A DNA stretch of 64,000 nt from Candidatus Eiseniibacteriota bacterium (GCA_963717935.1 CAVQXP010000004.1:1600001-1664000); one strand, 5' to 3'. Positions 1-12,582 are shown, counted from the first letter of the stretch. Notes: generated from the letters alone by a model not told the origin. Numbers and translations: made by a program.

Positions 1-30
1 GGCCAGCGACGAGGCCGGCGCGCCGCGCGG

Positions 31-59
31 TTGACGGGCGCGGGAGGGGCTCCCAATAT
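31..59 (+). promoter_or_regulatory. Putative sigma70-type promoter (TTGACG-N17-CAATAT) for the antiporter, probably giving a near-leaderless transcript
   Basis: 17-nt spacer; -10 ends 8 nt before the ATG at 68; no Shine-Dalgarno upstream. Confidence 0.5.
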
Positions 60-67
60 GTCCCGCC

Positions 68-1333
68 ATGACGCCGTTCGAGGTCTTCGCCACGATCACG
101 ACGCTCGCGGGCCTCTTCAGCTGGATCAACCTCCGCTGGGTGCACCTGCCGACGACCATCGGGCTCCTCGTGATCGCGATGCTGAGTTCGCTGGGGCTGG
201 TCGCCCTGCACGCGACGGGCCTGTTCCGGAACGATCCGCTCGTTCCGGTGATCCGGGACCTCGACTTCCATGACGCGCTCCTGAACGGGATGCTCGGGGC
301 GCTGCTCTTCGCGGGCGCGATCCGCCTGCAACTGGATGACCTGCTCTCGCAGAAGTGGGCGATCGCGCTGCTCGCCACGGGCAGCGTCGTGCTCTCGACC
401 CTGATCGTCGGGGGCGCCTCGTGGCTGGTGTTCCGCTGGCTCGGGCTGGGCGTTCCCTTCATCTACTGCCTGCTGTTCGGCGCCCTGATCTCGCCGACGG
501 ACCCGATCGCGGTGGGCGCGATCCTCCGGCAGGCCGGGGTTCCGAAATCGCTGAGCATCAAGATCACCGGCGAATCGCTCTTCAACGACGGCTTCGGGGT
601 CGTGGTGTTCCTCGTGATCCTCGGCATCGCCACGGCGGGCGAAGAGGCCTCCCTCGGGCACGTCGCGGAGCTGTTCGCCCGGGAGGTGTTCGGTGGCGTG
701 GTCTATGGAGCGGTCGTGGGCTACGTCACGTATCGCATGCTGAAGAGCGTCGACCACTACCAGGTGGAGATCCTCCTCACGCTCGCGCTGGTGACGGGCG
801 GCTATGCGCTGGCGCAGCGGCTGCAGGTCTCCGGGCCCCTCGCGATGGTGGTCGCGGGCCTCCTGGTGGGCAACCAGGGCCGCGACTTCGCGATGTCCCA
901 GCGCACGCAGGAGCGGCTGGATTCGTTCTGGGAGCTCGTGGACGATTTCCTCAACGCGATGCTGTTCGTGCTGATCGGCGTCGAGGTGGTCGTCCTCGAC
1001 CTTGCATCGTCGTTCATCGTCGCCGGACTGCTGCTCATCCCCCTGATCCTGCTCGCGCGCTGGATCAGCGTCGGCCTGCCGATCTCGCTCCTGAGGGTCG
1101 TCCGCCGGGCGGTGAGCCCGCACGCGATCAAGTTGCTCACGTGGAGCGGCCTTCGCGGGGGCATCTCGGTCGCCCTCGCGCTGTCGCTACCGAAGGGCGG
1201 CCACCACGACCTCATCGTCACCGTGACCTACATCGTCGTGGCGTTCTCGATCATCGTTCAAGGACTCACCGTGGGACCGCTCGCCCGGCGCCTCGCGGCC
1301 CGAGACGCGCCACGCGAGGCGCGGACCGCGTGA
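68..1333 (+). CDS. Na+/H+ antiporter, CPA1 (NhaP-like) family
   Basis: 421 aa, many hydrophobic helices, motifs FGALISPTDPIAV, GESLFNDG, GLRGGISVALAL. Confidence 0.93.
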   Translation: MTPFEVFATITTLAGLFSWINLRWVHLPTTIGLLVIAMLSSLGLVALHATGLFRNDPLVPVIRDLDFHDALLNGMLGALLFAGAIRLQLDDLLSQKWAIALLATGSVVLSTLIVGGASWLVFRWLGLGVPFIYCLLFGALISPTDPIAVGAILRQAGVPKSLSIKITGESLFNDGFGVVVFLVILGIATAGEEASLGHVAELFAREVFGGVVYGAVVGYVTYRMLKSVDHYQVEILLTLALVTGGYALAQRLQVSGPLAMVVAGLLVGNQGRDFAMSQRTQERLDSFWELVDDFLNAMLFVLIGVEVVVLDLASSFIVAGLLLIPLILLARWISVGLPISLLRVVRRAVSPHAIKLLTWSGLRGGISVALALSLPKGGHHDLIVTVTYIVVAFSIIVQGLTVGPLARRLAARDAPREARTA

Positions 1334-1453
1334 GCGGGGGGAGGCTCGCATGAGCTTCGGGGCGAGCTGGAACCGGGTCATCGCCAGGGTGGGTGCGGAG
1401 CCGTTCACCGTCGGTACGCTGGTCACGGCATCGCCCTGATCCCGGCGGCAGGC

Positions 1454-4400
1454 TCACCTCCGCGCGGCCGGCGGCCGCCGGGCGGAACCGGCGGCGATTG
1501 GGGTGCCCAGCACGACGCGCAGGCGGTGCTCCGCGCCATCATCGACCAGCGGGATCGCGCCGGCATCGACCACGACGCCATCCAGCAGTGCCTCCGCGAC
1601 GCCGCGGTTCCGGTGGCCGGGGTTCTCCACGGTGATCTCGTAGGGGCTGCGCCCGTACCGCCAGCGCACGACGAAGCCGTCCCATGACGCGGGCACGCAG
1701 GGCGCGATCGCGAGGCGCTCACCCCGGCGCCGGAGCCCGAGAATCGACTCGAGCCCGAGCCGGTACATCCACGCCGCCGCGCCGGTGTACCAGGTCCAGC
1801 CGCCGCGGCCGATGTGCGACGGGTGCGTGTAGACGTCGGCCGCCACCACGAAGGGCTCCGCCTTGTAGCGCTCGACTTCGGCCCGCGAGCGGGTGTGGTT
1901 GATCGGGTTCAGCATGTGGAACAGTTCGAACGCCTCGTCGCCGTTGCCGAGATGCGCGAACGCCATCACCGTCCAGAGCGCGGCGTGGGTGTATTGCCCG
2001 CCGTTCTCGCGCACCCCCGGCACGTAGCCCTTGATGTAGCCGGGGTCGAGCGGCGACTGGTCGAACGGCGGCGCGAGCAACTGGATCACACCGGCGTCGC
2101 GCCGCACCAGCTGCATGCGCACGGAATCCATGGCGCGCTCGGCCCGGCCGGGCGGAGCGGAGCCGGAGAGCACGGCCCAGCTCTGCGAGATCGAATCGAT
2201 CCGGCACTCCGGGGCCTGGGCGGAGCCCAGGGGGCTGCCGTCGTCGAAGTAGGCGCGGCGATACCAGTCCCCGTCCCACGCCTGCTCGAGCATGGTGCCC
2301 AGCCGCCTGCGTTCGCCGCGCCAGCGGGTGGCGCGCTCGGGATCACCGTGTGCTTCGACGATCGTCGCGAAGTCGCCCAGGATCTTCGAGACGAACCAGC
2401 CCAGCCACACGCTCTCGCCCCGGCCCTGGTGCCCGACGCGGTTCATGCCGTCGTTCCAGTCGCCCGTGCCGATCAGCGGCAGACCGTGCGACCCGACGGT
2501 CAGGCTGCGCTCGATGGCCAGCACACAGTGCTCGTAGAGCGTGCCAGTCAGTCGCGACACCTCGGGCAGGCCGTAGGTCTCCAGTTCCGTCGGCTGGAGG
2601 ACGGGTGCCTCCAGGAAAGCCACGCGCGCGTCGAGCACCGCCCGATCGCCGGTGCATCTCACGTAGTGGGCGACGGCATAGGGGAGCCACAACAGGTCGT
2701 CGGAGCAACGGCTCCGCACGCCGCGGCCCGAGGGCTCGTGCCACCAGTGCTGCACGTCGCCCTCGGCGAACTGGTGCGCAGCGGCACGCAGCAGGTGCTG
2801 CCGGAAGAGGTCCGGCCGCGCGAACGCGAGCGCCATCACGTCCTGCAGTTGGTCGCGGAAACCGTAGGCGCCGCCGGGCTGGAAGAAGCCGGTGCGGCCC
2901 CACAACCGCGAACTGACCGCCTGGTAGAGCAGCCAGCGGTTCATGATCAGGTCGAACGAGTCGTCCGGCGTCTCGACCTGCACCGCGCCGAGCAGTTCGT
3001 CCCAGCGCTGCTCGACCTCTTCCAGGGCGGAGCGCGCGGCCTCGACGCTGCCGAAGCGACGCGCCAGCTCCAGCGCGTGCTCGCGGTTGTCCCCCTGGCC
3101 GAGCAGCAGGACCACTTCGCGCGTCTCGCCAGGCTCGAGATCCACGCCGAGTTGCAGCGCCGCGCACGGGTCGAGGCCCGCGCCGAAGCGATGCGACAGC
3201 GCCTCGCGGGCCAGCGCCGCAGGGCGCCGCAGCGAGCCGTTCCGGCCGAGGAACTCGAGCCGGTCGGCGGTCGCCGACAGGGGCCGAAGGCTCGCGTGCG
3301 CGAAGGCGACGCGTCCGGCGAAGTCGGGGTTGTACGGGTTGCGCGCCAGCACGGCGCCGGTCTTCGGGTCCTGCTCGGTGATCACGAAGCGCTGCTCGCC
3401 GGCGCGCGGCGGGCACAGCGCCCACTCGTTGTAGGCGAAGACGCTGAGGCGCCGCGGCCAGTCCGTGTGATTGGTGAGCCTGAGCAGCGAGAGCCTGAGC
3501 GGCTCCTGTACATGCACGAAGACCGTGAGTTCGCAGGCGACGCCGTGGTCGCCGTGGCTGAAGCGCGTCACGCCGGCCCCGTGGCGGGTCACCCAGCGGC
3601 CGCCGTCGTGCGACCGCGGCAGCGGGCCCGGGGTGGCGCCCCAGGTCTCGCCGTCCTCCTCGTCGCGCAGGTAGAGGGCCTCGCCGCTGAACTCGCTCAC
3701 CGGGTCGTTGCCGAACGGGGTCAGGCGGTTCTCGCGGCTGTTCCCGCCCCAGGTCCAGGCGGCGCCCGTGGCCCCGATGACGGTGCCGAAGCGCTCGTTC
3801 GCGATCACGTTCACCCAGGGCAGCGGCGTGTCTTCCTGGCCGTTCAGCACGATCGCATATTCGTTCCCGCCCGCGGTGAAGCCTCCGCGGTCGTTGGCGT
3901 GGTCGAGCGGCGGCACTTCGACCTCGGGGCCACGGTCCCGCGCGATCGCCGTCTCGGGCGCTGGGCGCGCGGCCAGTGCGCGCGGCCAGCGTGGCTCGGG
4001 GAAGGGCAGCTCGAGCTGGTCGGCGAGCCCGCCGCGCTCGCCGCTCAGCAGCACGCGGGCGGCCGCCATCAGCAGCCTGCGCTCGGCTTCGGGCATGCCC
4101 TCGCCACGCAGCAGGAACACCCCGCCGGGGCGGTGCTTCCACGCAGCCCAGGGGCCGCTCTCGAGCAGGCCCTGGAGCTGCTCGTGCATCTCGTCGAGGT
4201 AGCTCGCCGGATGCTCGTTCAGGATCACGACCTCGGCGTCGAGGCCCTTCAGCCGCCAGTATTCCTGCGCTCGCAGTACCTGGTGCACCAGCGACAGGTC
4301 GTTCTCCTCGACCACCCGCACGATCAGGATGGGCCGGTCGCCGGAGATGCCGTGCGGCCAGAGACCTGGCTGGCCGAGCGTGTTGCCCGCCAGGAACTCG

Positions 4401-7400
4401 GGCGCCGCGCGCAGGGAGGCGTCGGTCCACAGCACGTACGAGGCGAGTTGTTCGTAGAGTTGCGCCTCGTCGGTCGAGATGCCGAGATGGCGCATCCGCA
4501 TGTGGGTCTGGGTCGTGGCGAGGGCGAACGTGCGGGCGGCCGAGGCGGGATCATCGTACTTCTCGGCGAGCGCGATCGCAGCGGCCCGGCTCGTGGCCAC
4601 GCCGGTCGAGAAGGCGAGACGCACCTGTCCGCCGGGCGCGATGCGCACGCGCCGCCGCAGGCTCAGGACCGGGTCGAGCACTGCTCCGGTGGTGCCCGAG
4701 AGCGCCCGGCCGTCGAGTGCGACCGGGTCTTCCGGCGTGCGCCCGCGGCCAAGGAAACGCGCGCGGTCGGTCTCCCACTCGATCGCGCCGTGCACGCCTC
4801 CCTCGGCGCTCAGCACGTGCACGGCCCAGAGCGCAGGCTCGTCGGGCGAGCGCGGGCGGCGCCCGCACAGCAGTGCCGAGCACTCGGGGCGGTACTCGGT
4901 CTCGAGGAAGAGCTTCAGGAACGCCGGGTGGGCGAGATCGTCGGCGGGTGGCGCGAGCACGATCTCGACCAGGCTCGTCACCTCGATCTCGCGCAGGTGG
5001 TCGCTGCGGTTGAGCAGTGAGACACGGCGCACCTCGACGTCGTCTTCCGGCGATACCGTGATCTCGAGCCGGGTCTCGATGCCGTCATCCGTGCGGTCGA
5101 ACACGGCCTCGTCGGCGCGGAAGCTCACCTGGTAGCATTCGGGTTCACGGCATACCGGCTGGTAGGCGGCCGACCAGAGTTGTCCGCTGCGCACGTCGCG
5201 CAGGTAGATGAACTGGCTGCCCGGGTCGCAGGTCGGATCATCGCGCTGGCGCGTGACGGCGTGCCCGCGCCAACTGCTCGCGCCGCCCCCGGCGTTGGTG
5301 ACCACGGCCGTGTACTGGCCGTTCGACAGGAAGTGGGCGCTCGGGTAGAGGGTGTGCGGCGAGCGGAAACGCCGTGGCGAGAGGTCCGGCGCCAGCGCCT
5401 CGACCCGCGTCGACTCGGCGGGGCGCGGCTGGGTGACAGGCACGAAGCGCGGCACGCGCTCCTGCAGCAGCGGCTCCGTGGCCTGTACGCGCGGATCGGA
5501 GTGGAAACGTCGCACCATCGGTGCGTCGAGCACGGCGTTCGCGAGCGCGACCAGGCTCATGCCCTGATGATGGGCGAAGAACGCGCGCACGGCGTGGACC
5601 CGCGCGGGGTCGGGCGCGGCCTCGCCGTCGGTGAGGAAGGCCCTGCGCGGCGTGTAGTCGAGCGCCTCGTCGAACCCGAAGCGCCCGGACGCGCCCTCGC
5701 GGGCCAGGCGGCGGAAGTTCGCCGCGGCGGCCGTCGGGTCGACCATGGCCGCCAGCGCGGTGGCGTAAGGGGCGATCACCAGGTCCTCGGCGAGCCCGCG
5801 CTTGAGTCCCAGGCCGGGGACCCCGAAGGCCTTGTAGTGATAGTCGCCGTGTGGGTCCAGCACGTTGAATGCCGATTCCGAGATGCCCCACGGCACGCCC
5901 TGGCGCCGGCCGTAGAGGATCTGCGCGCGCACCACGGCCCGGCAGGTGTTCTCGAGCAGCGTTTCGGGATGGCTGCGCAGCACCAGCAGCGGCATCAGGT
6001 ACTCGAACATCGAGCCGCTCCACGACACCAGCGTGGCACGGCCCTCGACGCTCACCAGCGCGCGCGAGAGCCGGAACCAGTGCTCCTGCGGCACCTCGCC
6101 CCGGGCGATGGCGATGAAGCTGGCGAGCCGGGATTCCGACGCCAGCAGGTCGTAGTACGAGGTGTCGAGACGGCCCGGCCCCTCGGCATCGGCGAGCCGG
6201 AAACCGATCGAGAAGATCCCGCCCTGGCGGTCGTAGAGGAACTTCCAGTCCATGGCGTCGGCCAGCGCGTCACAGCGACGGGCGAGGCCCTCGAGGCGCG
6301 CGGGCAGGTCGGCGGGCGGAGTGGCGGCCGTCGTCCACCGGCCGAGCGCGTCGAGCAGCGCCCGGTCCCAGTCGGTGATCTCGTCGGCTTCGGGCCCGGG
6401 CGCCGCATCCGCCGCGACTTGCTGCAGCGCCGCGCTCAGGGCCGCGGTCCCCGGCAGCGCGTTCTCGAGCCGGCCGCGCGTCGGCTCCGGGCCGGCGAGC
6501 ATCGCGCGCAGCGGCTCCAACTCGCGCAGTGCTGCGCTGCAGTGCTGGCGCAGAGGCGCGGCCGCGTGCGTGCCGTGGCCCAGGGCCGCCAGCGAGTCTG
6601 CGAGGGCGCCTGCGGTGTCGAGGGCGCCGGCCCACAACCGGCGCACGTCCTCCGGCTCCTCCGCGAGCTGGCGCAGCCCGGCGGCCAGCGCCATCAGTGC
6701 GCCCGCCAGGTTGCCGCTGTCCACGGTCGAGACGTAGCGCGGGAGAAGCGGTGCCAGGTTGATCGTGTCGTACCAGTTGAGCAGGTGACCTTCGTGGCGC
6801 TCGAGCGACTCGACGATGGTGAGCGTGCCCTCGATCCGGTCCGCGAACTCATCGGTGCGCAGGTAGCCCAGATCGTGCGCGGCGAGCGTGGAGAGCAACC
6901 CCATGCCGACGTTGGTCGGCGAGGTGCGGTGGGCGACGTGCGGCTCCGGCACCTCCTGGACATTGTCGGGTGGCAGCCAGTGATCCTGCTCGGTGACGAA
7001 GTGCTCGAAGTAGCGCCAGGTCCGGCGTGCGACGCGGCGCAGCTGCCCGGTGTCCTCGGCGCTGAGCGCGAGGCGCCGGGGCACGACGGGCCGGCTCAGC
7101 CACCACGCGACGACCGGGGAGGCCAGCCACGCGGCGAGGAAGGGCAGCGCCACCGGCAGTGCGGTGATGCGGAGCGGCAGTACGCCCAGCAGCACGACCA
7201 GCGTGGCAGCCGGGCCCGCCCACATCTCGGCGAGGAAGACCCGCAACCCCCGACGTGAGAGCAGCCCGGAGGCCCGCACCGCACCGGCCGCGGCGGTCTC
7301 CCACTCGAGCAGCCGCCGCTGCGTGCTCACCATCCGCACCAACGTGAGCACGATGGCGTGCAGCATCTCGTAGGCGTGGTAGGCGAGGAGCGTGATCTCG

Positions 7401-10081
7401 AGCAGTACCTGAACGAGGGCGGTCTCGAGCTCGGCCCAGATGTCGCGCAGGAACACGCCCAGCGGCTGCTGCGGGCGCGGGCCACGCGCGAGGTGGACCG
7501 CCGCCGGGATCAGCGGGAGCCCGAGCGCGGCCAGCGCGGCCAACGTCCAGCCGAGCGGCGAGCCCGGCAGCCAGGTCCACGCGGACACGAGCAGTATCAC
7601 CAGTGCCGGCGCCACCAGGCTGCGGCGCAGGTTGTCGAGGATCTTCCAGCGGCTGATGAGCGGCAGCCGGCTGCTCTCGAGGCCGTGGCGGGTCGGCACC
7701 AGGGGCAGCAGCCACAGCAGGATCTGCCAGTCGCCCCGCACCCAGCGGTGCTGGCGGCGCGCGTGGGCGAGCACGCTCGAGGGGAAGTCGTCCACCACCT
7801 CGACGTCCGAGACCAGCGCACAGCGCGCGTGCAGGCCCTCGAAGAGGTCGTGCGAGAGCATCGCGTTCTCCGGCACGCGGCCCTCGAGGGCCGCGGCGAA
7901 CGCGTCCACGTCATAGAGCCCCTTGCCGGTGAAGCTGCCCTCGCCGAACAGGTCCTGGTAGGTGTCGGACACGGCCGTGGTGTACGGGTCGACCCCGGTG
8001 TGCCCGGCGTAGACGCGCGCGAACAGCGAGCCCGCGGCGCTGGCCAGCGTCACGCTGACCCGCGGCTGGAGGATCCCGTAGCCCTCGACGACCCGCATGA
8101 GCTTCGGGTCGAGGCGCGGGCGGTTGAGCGGATGCTCGATCACGCCGATCAGCTGCCGGGCCACGTCCCGCGGCAGGCGGGTGTCGCTGTCGAGCGTGAT
8201 GCAGTAGCGGACGTGCGGCAGGATCCCGGGGTCGCCGATCTGCACGACGAAGCTGCTGTCGGTGGCGCCCCGCAGCAGCCGGTTGAACTCCTCGATCTTG
8301 CCGCGCTTGCGCTCCCAGCCCATCCACACGCCCTCGCTCGCGTTCCAGCGTCGCTCCCGGTGGAAGAGGTAGAAGCGGTCCGCGGTCGCCGGGGCGTAGC
8401 GCGCGTTGAGGGAGCGGACCCCGGCGACCGCCGTCTCGAGCGCCTCGTCCTCGCCCGGCAGGTGCTCGGCGGCCGCGTCCGGGAAGTCGGTGAGCAGCGC
8501 GAAGTGGATGTGCGGGTCCATGTTTCCGAGCGCATGCACCTCGAGACGTTCGACCAGCGCCCGCGCGCCCTCGACCGACGTGAGGATGGTTGGCACGATC
8601 ACCATGGTGCGCGCCGCCTCGGGCACGCCACCTAGCAGGTCGAGCCGCGGCAGTGGCTGCGGCCTGGCGATCCGGTGGACGATGCGCTGCACGAGCGCCA
8701 CCGCGAGGTCGCTGGCGGGGATGAGCGCGACCACTCCCACCCAGCCCCACGTCCAGGGCGATGCCTGCGCCACCCGCGCGATGACCACCGCGAGCGCCAC
8801 CGGGAGCGCCGAGAGCAGGGCGATCGAGCCGAGGTAGAAGAGCGTGGCGTGGGCGAAGAGCCCGCGCTTCAGGCGTTGCTTGAGACGCGGGTGGTGAGCC
8901 ACGTCGATCTCGAGGTCGCGGCGGCCGCGCCCGATCAGGTGGTGGCCGACGTGGGCCGCGCTGGATCCGAGGCCCTGGGTCTCCGCCGCTTGGCGCGCGC
9001 TCTCGATGGCGCGCAGGGCGACCCGCACCTGAGCCTCGCCGGTCGGCTCGGCCAGTTCCTCGACCGCGTGGCGGTAGCGGTCGCGGCCCGTGAAATCCAT
9101 GCGGACGTAGACCCCGGGCGGGTCGCGCTGCAGGACCTGCTCGATCAGGCTGACGCGCTCGACGTACCGGTTCCAGTCGAGCGTGGCGCACAGCCGCAGG
9201 CTGGTGATGGAGTTCTCCATCGAGACGTGGTTCATCGCCTGGCGCTGGTGCTCGGCGCGCACGGCCTCCTCGACCGTCGTGCCGGCGGCAGCCAGGCGTT
9301 CCTCGAGCTGCTTCCGCAGCTCGGCGGCCCCGGCGCCGTGCTCGCGCATGCGCTGGAGCAGTTGGTTCACGAACGCGACGTGGAGGACCGCGGGCAGGGA
9401 CGGCAGGTGGCCGCTCGCTCGTGCGCTCTCGAAGCCGCCGAAGTGGCGATCGGCCTCGAGGCGCCCCGCACGGCTCTCGAGCAGCTCCTCGGAGAGCCGG
9501 CGCACGTGCTCGATCAGCGCGAGCTTGAGCATGCTGGGCCACGCCCACAGCTCGCCGATGCTGAGCGGCGCCACGGTCTGGTAGGCGTTCATGAACCGGG
9601 CCAGGCGCCCGAGATCGAGCCGCGCGTCGCTGTAGCGCAGCAGTTCCACGGCCATCGCGTAGACGCGCGCCGTGCCGGAGAGCTCGCGGGTGGCGAGCTT
9701 CGGGAGCTCGAGGTAGTAGCGCGTCGGCAGGTGGTGGCGGACCTCGCGGATCTCGCCCTCCACCAGATGGAAGTTGTCGAGTAGCCATTCGGCGGCGGGC
9801 CCCATGGCCTCGCCACGTCGCACGTCGCCGGCGAGCAGGCGGTACGTCTGACGGAGCACGCGGGCGTCGTCCGTGAGGTGACGCAGCAGGCGGTGGGGAC
9901 CGCGCCGGGGGTGTCGCGAGAGGGTGAAGCCCGCGGCGAGGGCCCGGGCGCGCTCTTCCAGACGCTCGACGCCGAGGAGTTCGCCGTGCAGCGGACTGGA
10001 GTCGAGACCGATCGGTCGGAGATGGATTCCGCCCGGTGGAGTGGGGGCGGGCCGGAACGGCTTGACGCGTACGACTGCCAA
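1454..10081 (-). CDS. ndvB: Cyclic beta-1,2-glucan synthase/phosphorylase (Cgs/NdvB/ChvB-like: GT84, glycoamylase-like and GH94 domains)
   Basis: ~2875 aa; motifs [81 protein letters not shown]. Start set at TTG 10081 behind an AGGAAGGA SD; the ORF stays open to 10270. Confidence 0.93.
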   Translation of the reverse strand: MAVVRVKPFRPAPTPPGGIHLRPIGLDSSPLHGELLGVERLEERARALAAGFTLSRHPRRGPHRLLRHLTDDARVLRQTYRLLAGDVRRGEAMGPAAEWLLDNFHLVEGEIREVRHHLPTRYYLELPKLATRELSGTARVYAMAVELLRYSDARLDLGRLARFMNAYQTVAPLSIGELWAWPSMLKLALIEHVRRLSEELLESRAGRLEADRHFGGFESARASGHLPSLPAVLHVAFVNQLLQRMREHGAGAAELRKQLEERLAAAGTTVEEAVRAEHQRQAMNHVSMENSITSLRLCATLDWNRYVERVSLIEQVLQRDPPGVYVRMDFTGRDRYRHAVEELAEPTGEAQVRVALRAIESARQAAETQGLGSSAAHVGHHLIGRGRRDLEIDVAHHPRLKQRLKRGLFAHATLFYLGSIALLSALPVALAVVIARVAQASPWTWGWVGVVALIPASDLAVALVQRIVHRIARPQPLPRLDLLGGVPEAARTMVIVPTILTSVEGARALVERLEVHALGNMDPHIHFALLTDFPDAAAEHLPGEDEALETAVAGVRSLNARYAPATADRFYLFHRERRWNASEGVWMGWERKRGKIEEFNRLLRGATDSSFVVQIGDPGILPHVRYCITLDSDTRLPRDVARQLIGVIEHPLNRPRLDPKLMRVVEGYGILQPRVSVTLASAAGSLFARVYAGHTGVDPYTTAVSDTYQDLFGEGSFTGKGLYDVDAFAAALEGRVPENAMLSHDLFEGLHARCALVSDVEVVDDFPSSVLAHARRQHRWVRGDWQILLWLLPLVPTRHGLESSRLPLISRWKILDNLRRSLVAPALVILLVSAWTWLPGSPLGWTLAALAALGLPLIPAAVHLARGPRPQQPLGVFLRDIWAELETALVQVLLEITLLAYHAYEMLHAIVLTLVRMVSTQRRLLEWETAAAGAVRASGLLSRRGLRVFLAEMWAGPAATLVVLLGVLPLRITALPVALPFLAAWLASPVVAWWLSRPVVPRRLALSAEDTGQLRRVARRTWRYFEHFVTEQDHWLPPDNVQEVPEPHVAHRTSPTNVGMGLLSTLAAHDLGYLRTDEFADRIEGTLTIVESLERHEGHLLNWYDTINLAPLLPRYVSTVDSGNLAGALMALAAGLRQLAEEPEDVRRLWAGALDTAGALADSLAALGHGTHAAAPLRQHCSAALRELEPLRAMLAGPEPTRGRLENALPGTAALSAALQQVAADAAPGPEADEITDWDRALLDALGRWTTAATPPADLPARLEGLARRCDALADAMDWKFLYDRQGGIFSIGFRLADAEGPGRLDTSYYDLLASESRLASFIAIARGEVPQEHWFRLSRALVSVEGRATLVSWSGSMFEYLMPLLVLRSHPETLLENTCRAVVRAQILYGRRQGVPWGISESAFNVLDPHGDYHYKAFGVPGLGLKRGLAEDLVIAPYATALAAMVDPTAAAANFRRLAREGASGRFGFDEALDYTPRRAFLTDGEAAPDPARVHAVRAFFAHHQGMSLVALANAVLDAPMVRRFHSDPRVQATEPLLQERVPRFVPVTQPRPAESTRVEALAPDLSPRRFRSPHTLYPSAHFLSNGQYTAVVTNAGGGASSWRGHAVTRQRDDPTCDPGSQFIYLRDVRSGQLWSAAYQPVCREPECYQVSFRADEAVFDRTDDGIETRLEITVSPEDDVEVRRVSLLNRSDHLREIEVTSLVEIVLAPPADDLAHPAFLKLFLETEYRPECSALLCGRRPRSPDEPALWAVHVLSAEGGVHGAIEWETDRARFLGRGRTPEDPVALDGRALSGTTGAVLDPVLSLRRRVRIAPGGQVRLAFSTGVATSRAAAIALAEKYDDPASAARTFALATTQTHMRMRHLGISTDEAQLYEQLASYVLWTDASLRAAPEFLAGNTLGQPGLWPHGISGDRPILIVRVVEENDLSLVHQVLRAQEYWRLKGLDAEVVILNEHPASYLDEMHEQLQGLLESGPWAAWKHRPGGVFLLRGEGMPEAERRLLMAAARVLLSGERGGLADQLELPFPEPRWPRALAARPAPETAIARDRGPEVEVPPLDHANDRGGFTAGGNEYAIVLNGQEDTPLPWVNVIANERFGTVIGATGAAWTWGGNSRENRLTPFGNDPVSEFSGEALYLRDEEDGETWGATPGPLPRSHDGGRWVTRHGAGVTRFSHGDHGVACELTVFVHVQEPLRLSLLRLTNHTDWPRRLSVFAYNEWALCPPRAGEQRFVITEQDPKTGAVLARNPYNPDFAGRVAFAHASLRPLSATADRLEFLGRNGSLRRPAALAREALSHRFGAGLDPCAALQLGVDLEPGETREVVLLLGQGDNREHALELARRFGSVEAARSALEEVEQRWDELLGAVQVETPDDSFDLIMNRWLLYQAVSSRLWGRTGFFQPGGAYGFRDQLQDVMALAFARPDLFRQHLLRAAAHQFAEGDVQHWWHEPSGRGVRSRCSDDLLWLPYAVAHYVRCTGDRAVLDARVAFLEAPVLQPTELETYGLPEVSRLTGTLYEHCVLAIERSLTVGSHGLPLIGTGDWNDGMNRVGHQGRGESVWLGWFVSKILGDFATIVEAHGDPERATRWRGERRRLGTMLEQAWDGDWYRRAYFDDGSPLGSAQAPECRIDSISQSWAVLSGSAPPGRAERAMDSVRMQLVRRDAGVIQLLAPPFDQSPLDPGYIKGYVPGVRENGGQYTHAALWTVMAFAHLGNGDEAFELFHMLNPINHTRSRAEVERYKAEPFVVAADVYTHPSHIGRGGWTWYTGAAAWMYRLGLESILGLRRRGERLAIAPCVPASWDGFVVRWRYGRSPYEITVENPGHRNRGVAEALLDGVVVDAGAIPLVDDGAEHRLRVVLGTPIAAGSARRPPAARR

Positions 10082-10693
10082 CGCCGGCCGTCCTTCCTGA
10101 ATGGACCGCAGGGAGCCCACGGCCCGAATCGCAGCGACGCGGCCATAGTAGCAGAGAGGGGCTCGGCGAACCTCTGACCGGCGGGGGGCTCTCGTCCTGG
10201 GTTCCCGGGCGCGTTTCGCGAAGGCTGGCGGCAGCCGGCCAGGACGCTCGCGCGCCGGGCACAGACTCATGTCGGCCGGCTGTCAGTCCTTAGCTCGCGA
10301 TGAGGGGGCCAGCCCCGGACGGTAGGTGGGCTTTCGTCCGCTGCCCGAGCGCCCTCGGACGCGGTTGGGGTGAGCCTGCAGCGCGGTTCAAATCGAACCG
10401 TGGATGGGACTGTGCCAGTACAGCCTCACGATTCTTGTTGTGTTTGCGGGTGCACAGGTAGAGGCTATCCCTCGTTCCCCGCTCGATGTACGGGGCGGCC
10501 CTGAGGCCCGGTCCCCACACCGCATGCGAGCCACGAATCTTCGGACCGACCAACTCAGGTCGGCCTGCGGTCGATTCTCCGGACCGCGCACTGCCGAGGA
10601 TTCCCGAAGATCCACCACCGACGCCGACATCCACTCGCGGATCGCGGGAAGACCGCGATGCCCGCTGGCAAAGCTCTCCTGCAGGAGTCATAC

Positions 10694-11299
10694 GTGCGCT
10701 ATCCACTTTGGATTTCGCTGTTCGTGGTCGCGGCGACGGTCGTTCTGTCCGGATGTCGCAACGATCAGCAGGCCGGTGATGACCTCGGTGCCTCCCGCGT
10801 GGCCCACAGGACGGTCCCTTCCGGCACATCGCTCGAGGTGACGCTCGGCACCGGCCTTTCGTCGGAGAATGCCAGCGTCGGCGATGGGTGGAACGGATCG
10901 GTCCTGAACGGCCAGGACGGGATCCCCGCCGGCAGCGCGGTCACGGGCACGGTCAGCGGGGTCAGGGCAGCGCAGAAGGGCAACCGGGCCATGCTCGACC
11001 TCGGGCTGACTTCGATCACCATCGCGGGGCACCGGTACACGGTGCACGGCAGCACGGAAGCCGTCATCGCCGGTTCGCCGCGCGCTCGGAACCTCGGCGC
11101 GATCGGCGCGGCGACGGCGGCCGGCGCGCTCGTCGGCAACGCGGTCGGCGGCTCGGGCAAGGGAACGCTCATCGGGGCGATCGTGGGTGGTGGTGCGGCG
11201 ACCGGAGTCGTGTCACAGACGAAGGGCTGGCAGGTGGTGCTCAAGAGCGGGACCCCGCTCACCTTCACGACCAGCCAGGCCGTCGCGGTCAGGCTGTAG
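10694..11299 (+). CDS. Lipoprotein with glycine-zipper segment
   Basis: GTG after CAGGAG SD; signal peptide with LSGC lipobox; GAATAAGALVGNAVGG...GAIVGGGAATG glycine zipper. Confidence 0.75.
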   Translation: MRYPLWISLFVVAATVVLSGCRNDQQAGDDLGASRVAHRTVPSGTSLEVTLGTGLSSENASVGDGWNGSVLNGQDGIPAGSAVTGTVSGVRAAQKGNRAMLDLGLTSITIAGHRYTVHGSTEAVIAGSPRARNLGAIGAATAAGALVGNAVGGSGKGTLIGAIVGGGAATGVVSQTKGWQVVLKSGTPLTFTTSQAVAVRL

Positions 11300-11314
11300 G
11301 CGAGGGCGATCGAG

Positions 11315-11665
11315 ATGGTGCGCATCGCCAGGAAGTCGGACGGCCGGCGGATCTTCACCGCCGAGTTCAAGCGCGAGCACATCGGCCGCGTGCTGCGCGG
11401 TGAACTGACGCTCGCGGAGCTGAGTCGAAAGCTGGGGATCGCGCGGGGGCTGTTGCAGCGCTGGAAGCGGCTCCTGACGCAGAGGGCAGGAATCGAGGGC
11501 GCGGCGGGAGGTCACACGACACGGGCGAGCGGGCCGCGAGCGGCGCAGTACGTCCGTGAGCTCCAACTGCTGGTCGGGAAGCAGGCGATGGAGCTGGAAC
11601 TCCTGCGCGCGGAGTTCGATGCGCTCAGGAAGGGACGGCGCTTCCCGGGGGCACGCAGGCGGTGA
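11315..11665 (+). CDS. IS3-family (IS2 InsC-like) OrfA HTH protein with no OrfB
   Basis: RRIFTAEFK...LAELSRKLGI...LLQRWK HTH plus VRELQLLVGKQAMELELLR zipper; no DDE ORF downstream. Confidence 0.7.
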   Translation: MVRIARKSDGRRIFTAEFKREHIGRVLRGELTLAELSRKLGIARGLLQRWKRLLTQRAGIEGAAGGHTTRASGPRAAQYVRELQLLVGKQAMELELLRAEFDALRKGRRFPGARRR

Positions 11666-12057
11666 CCGGTCCGGGTGGTGGCGACGGCCAGAGGAGGACT
11701 TGCGGACGCTCTCGTGGCGCATCGTGCGGCGCGGGCCGCCGGAACGCCATCCCCGACGTGGAACTGCAGCGTCTGCGCGATCAGCAGCAGCGCAAGCTCG
11801 AAAGCGATCTCAAGGCCGGGCAGGCCCGCCTTGCGCGCGCCCAGCAGAACGAACTGCGCTCGCGCCCGGCGGGGCCCGGAGCCGACGAGATCCGCAAGCA
11901 GCACGCCGCCGAGCAGCAGGCGTTCGAAGCGCACGCGGTGCAGCAGCGGCATGTGCTGACGCAGCGCATGCAGAAGCAGATCGTGAACCCGGGCAAGGTC
12001 AAGCCCGCCGCCAAGTCGAACGGCAAGGACAAGGGGCAGGACAAACGGCGCGAGTGA
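11662..12057 (+). CDS. Hypothetical Gln-rich coiled-coil protein, possibly a C-terminal remnant of a larger gene
   Basis: GTGA overlap with upstream stop; from ~11755 the frame is GC3-rich and Q/E/K-rich, while the N-terminal part looks non-coding. Confidence 0.4.
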   Translation: MTGPGGGDGQRRTCGRSRGASCGAGRRNAIPDVELQRLRDQQQRKLESDLKAGQARLARAQQNELRSRPAGPGADEIRKQHAAEQQAFEAHAVQQRHVLTQRMQKQIVNPGKVKPAAKSNGKDKGQDKRRE

Positions 12058-12186
12058 CAGCTTCGCCGCCCGGGCAGTGTCCGGCCGTACGGCTGAAGAC
12101 GATCCCCCGGGTGCGCGGCGCCGGCCGCGCCACTCCGGCCTGTCGGTCCTGAACACGGACCGGCGGATCAGCACGGGAGGCAGGAA

Positions 12187-12336
12187 ATGCTGTGGACGAT
12201 CGCAGTGGTGCTCATCGTTCTCTGGCTGCTCGGTCTGGTGACGTCGTATACGTTGGGAGGCTTCATCCACGTTCTGTTCGTCATCGCCGTCATCGCCGTG
12301 CTGCTCAGGGTCATCCAGGGCCGGAGGGTGCTGTAG
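12187..12336 (+). CDS. lmo0937-family (DUF5670) small membrane protein, 49 aa; missing from the ORF track
   Basis: MLWTIAVVLIVLWLLGLVTSYTLGGFIHVLFVIAVIAVLLRVIQGRRVL; GGAGG SD upstream. Confidence 0.88.
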   Translation: MLWTIAVVLIVLWLLGLVTSYTLGGFIHVLFVIAVIAVLLRVIQGRRVL

Positions 12337-12366
12337 TCGATCCTTCGGCCGCAGGGGAGACATGAA

Positions 12367-12582
12367 ATGAAGATCGTCGGTGTCGCGCTCGTGATTCTCG
12401 GGATCGCCGCCTTGTTCTATGGCGGGATTGGCTACGACCGCAAGACGACGATCCTGGACGTGGGCGGGATCAAGGCTACAGCCACGGAGCACAGGACCCT
12501 CCCGATCGCGCCTGTCGTCGGGGTGATCGCGTTAGTCGGTGGCGTCGCGCTGCTGGTCTTGCCCCGATCGCGCCGTGCCTGA
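12367..12582 (+). CDS. Small two-helix membrane protein (DUF3185-like)
   Basis: 71 aa; two hydrophobic segments flanking TTILDVGGIKATA. Confidence 0.7.
   Translation: MKIVGVALVILGIAALFYGGIGYDRKTTILDVGGIKATATEHRTLPIAPVVGVIALVGGVALLVLPRSRRA

Noticed and set aside
1814..5020. 1068-aa plus-strand ORF and similar long antisense ORFs throughout the window
   Set aside because: Antisense mirrors of genuine genes caused by GC3 bias.
10290..10650. Possible riboswitch or ncRNA in the AT-richer divergent intergenic region
   Set aside because: No recognisable aptamer motif; more simply divergent promoters. An Rfam/Infernal scan would be needed to exclude it.
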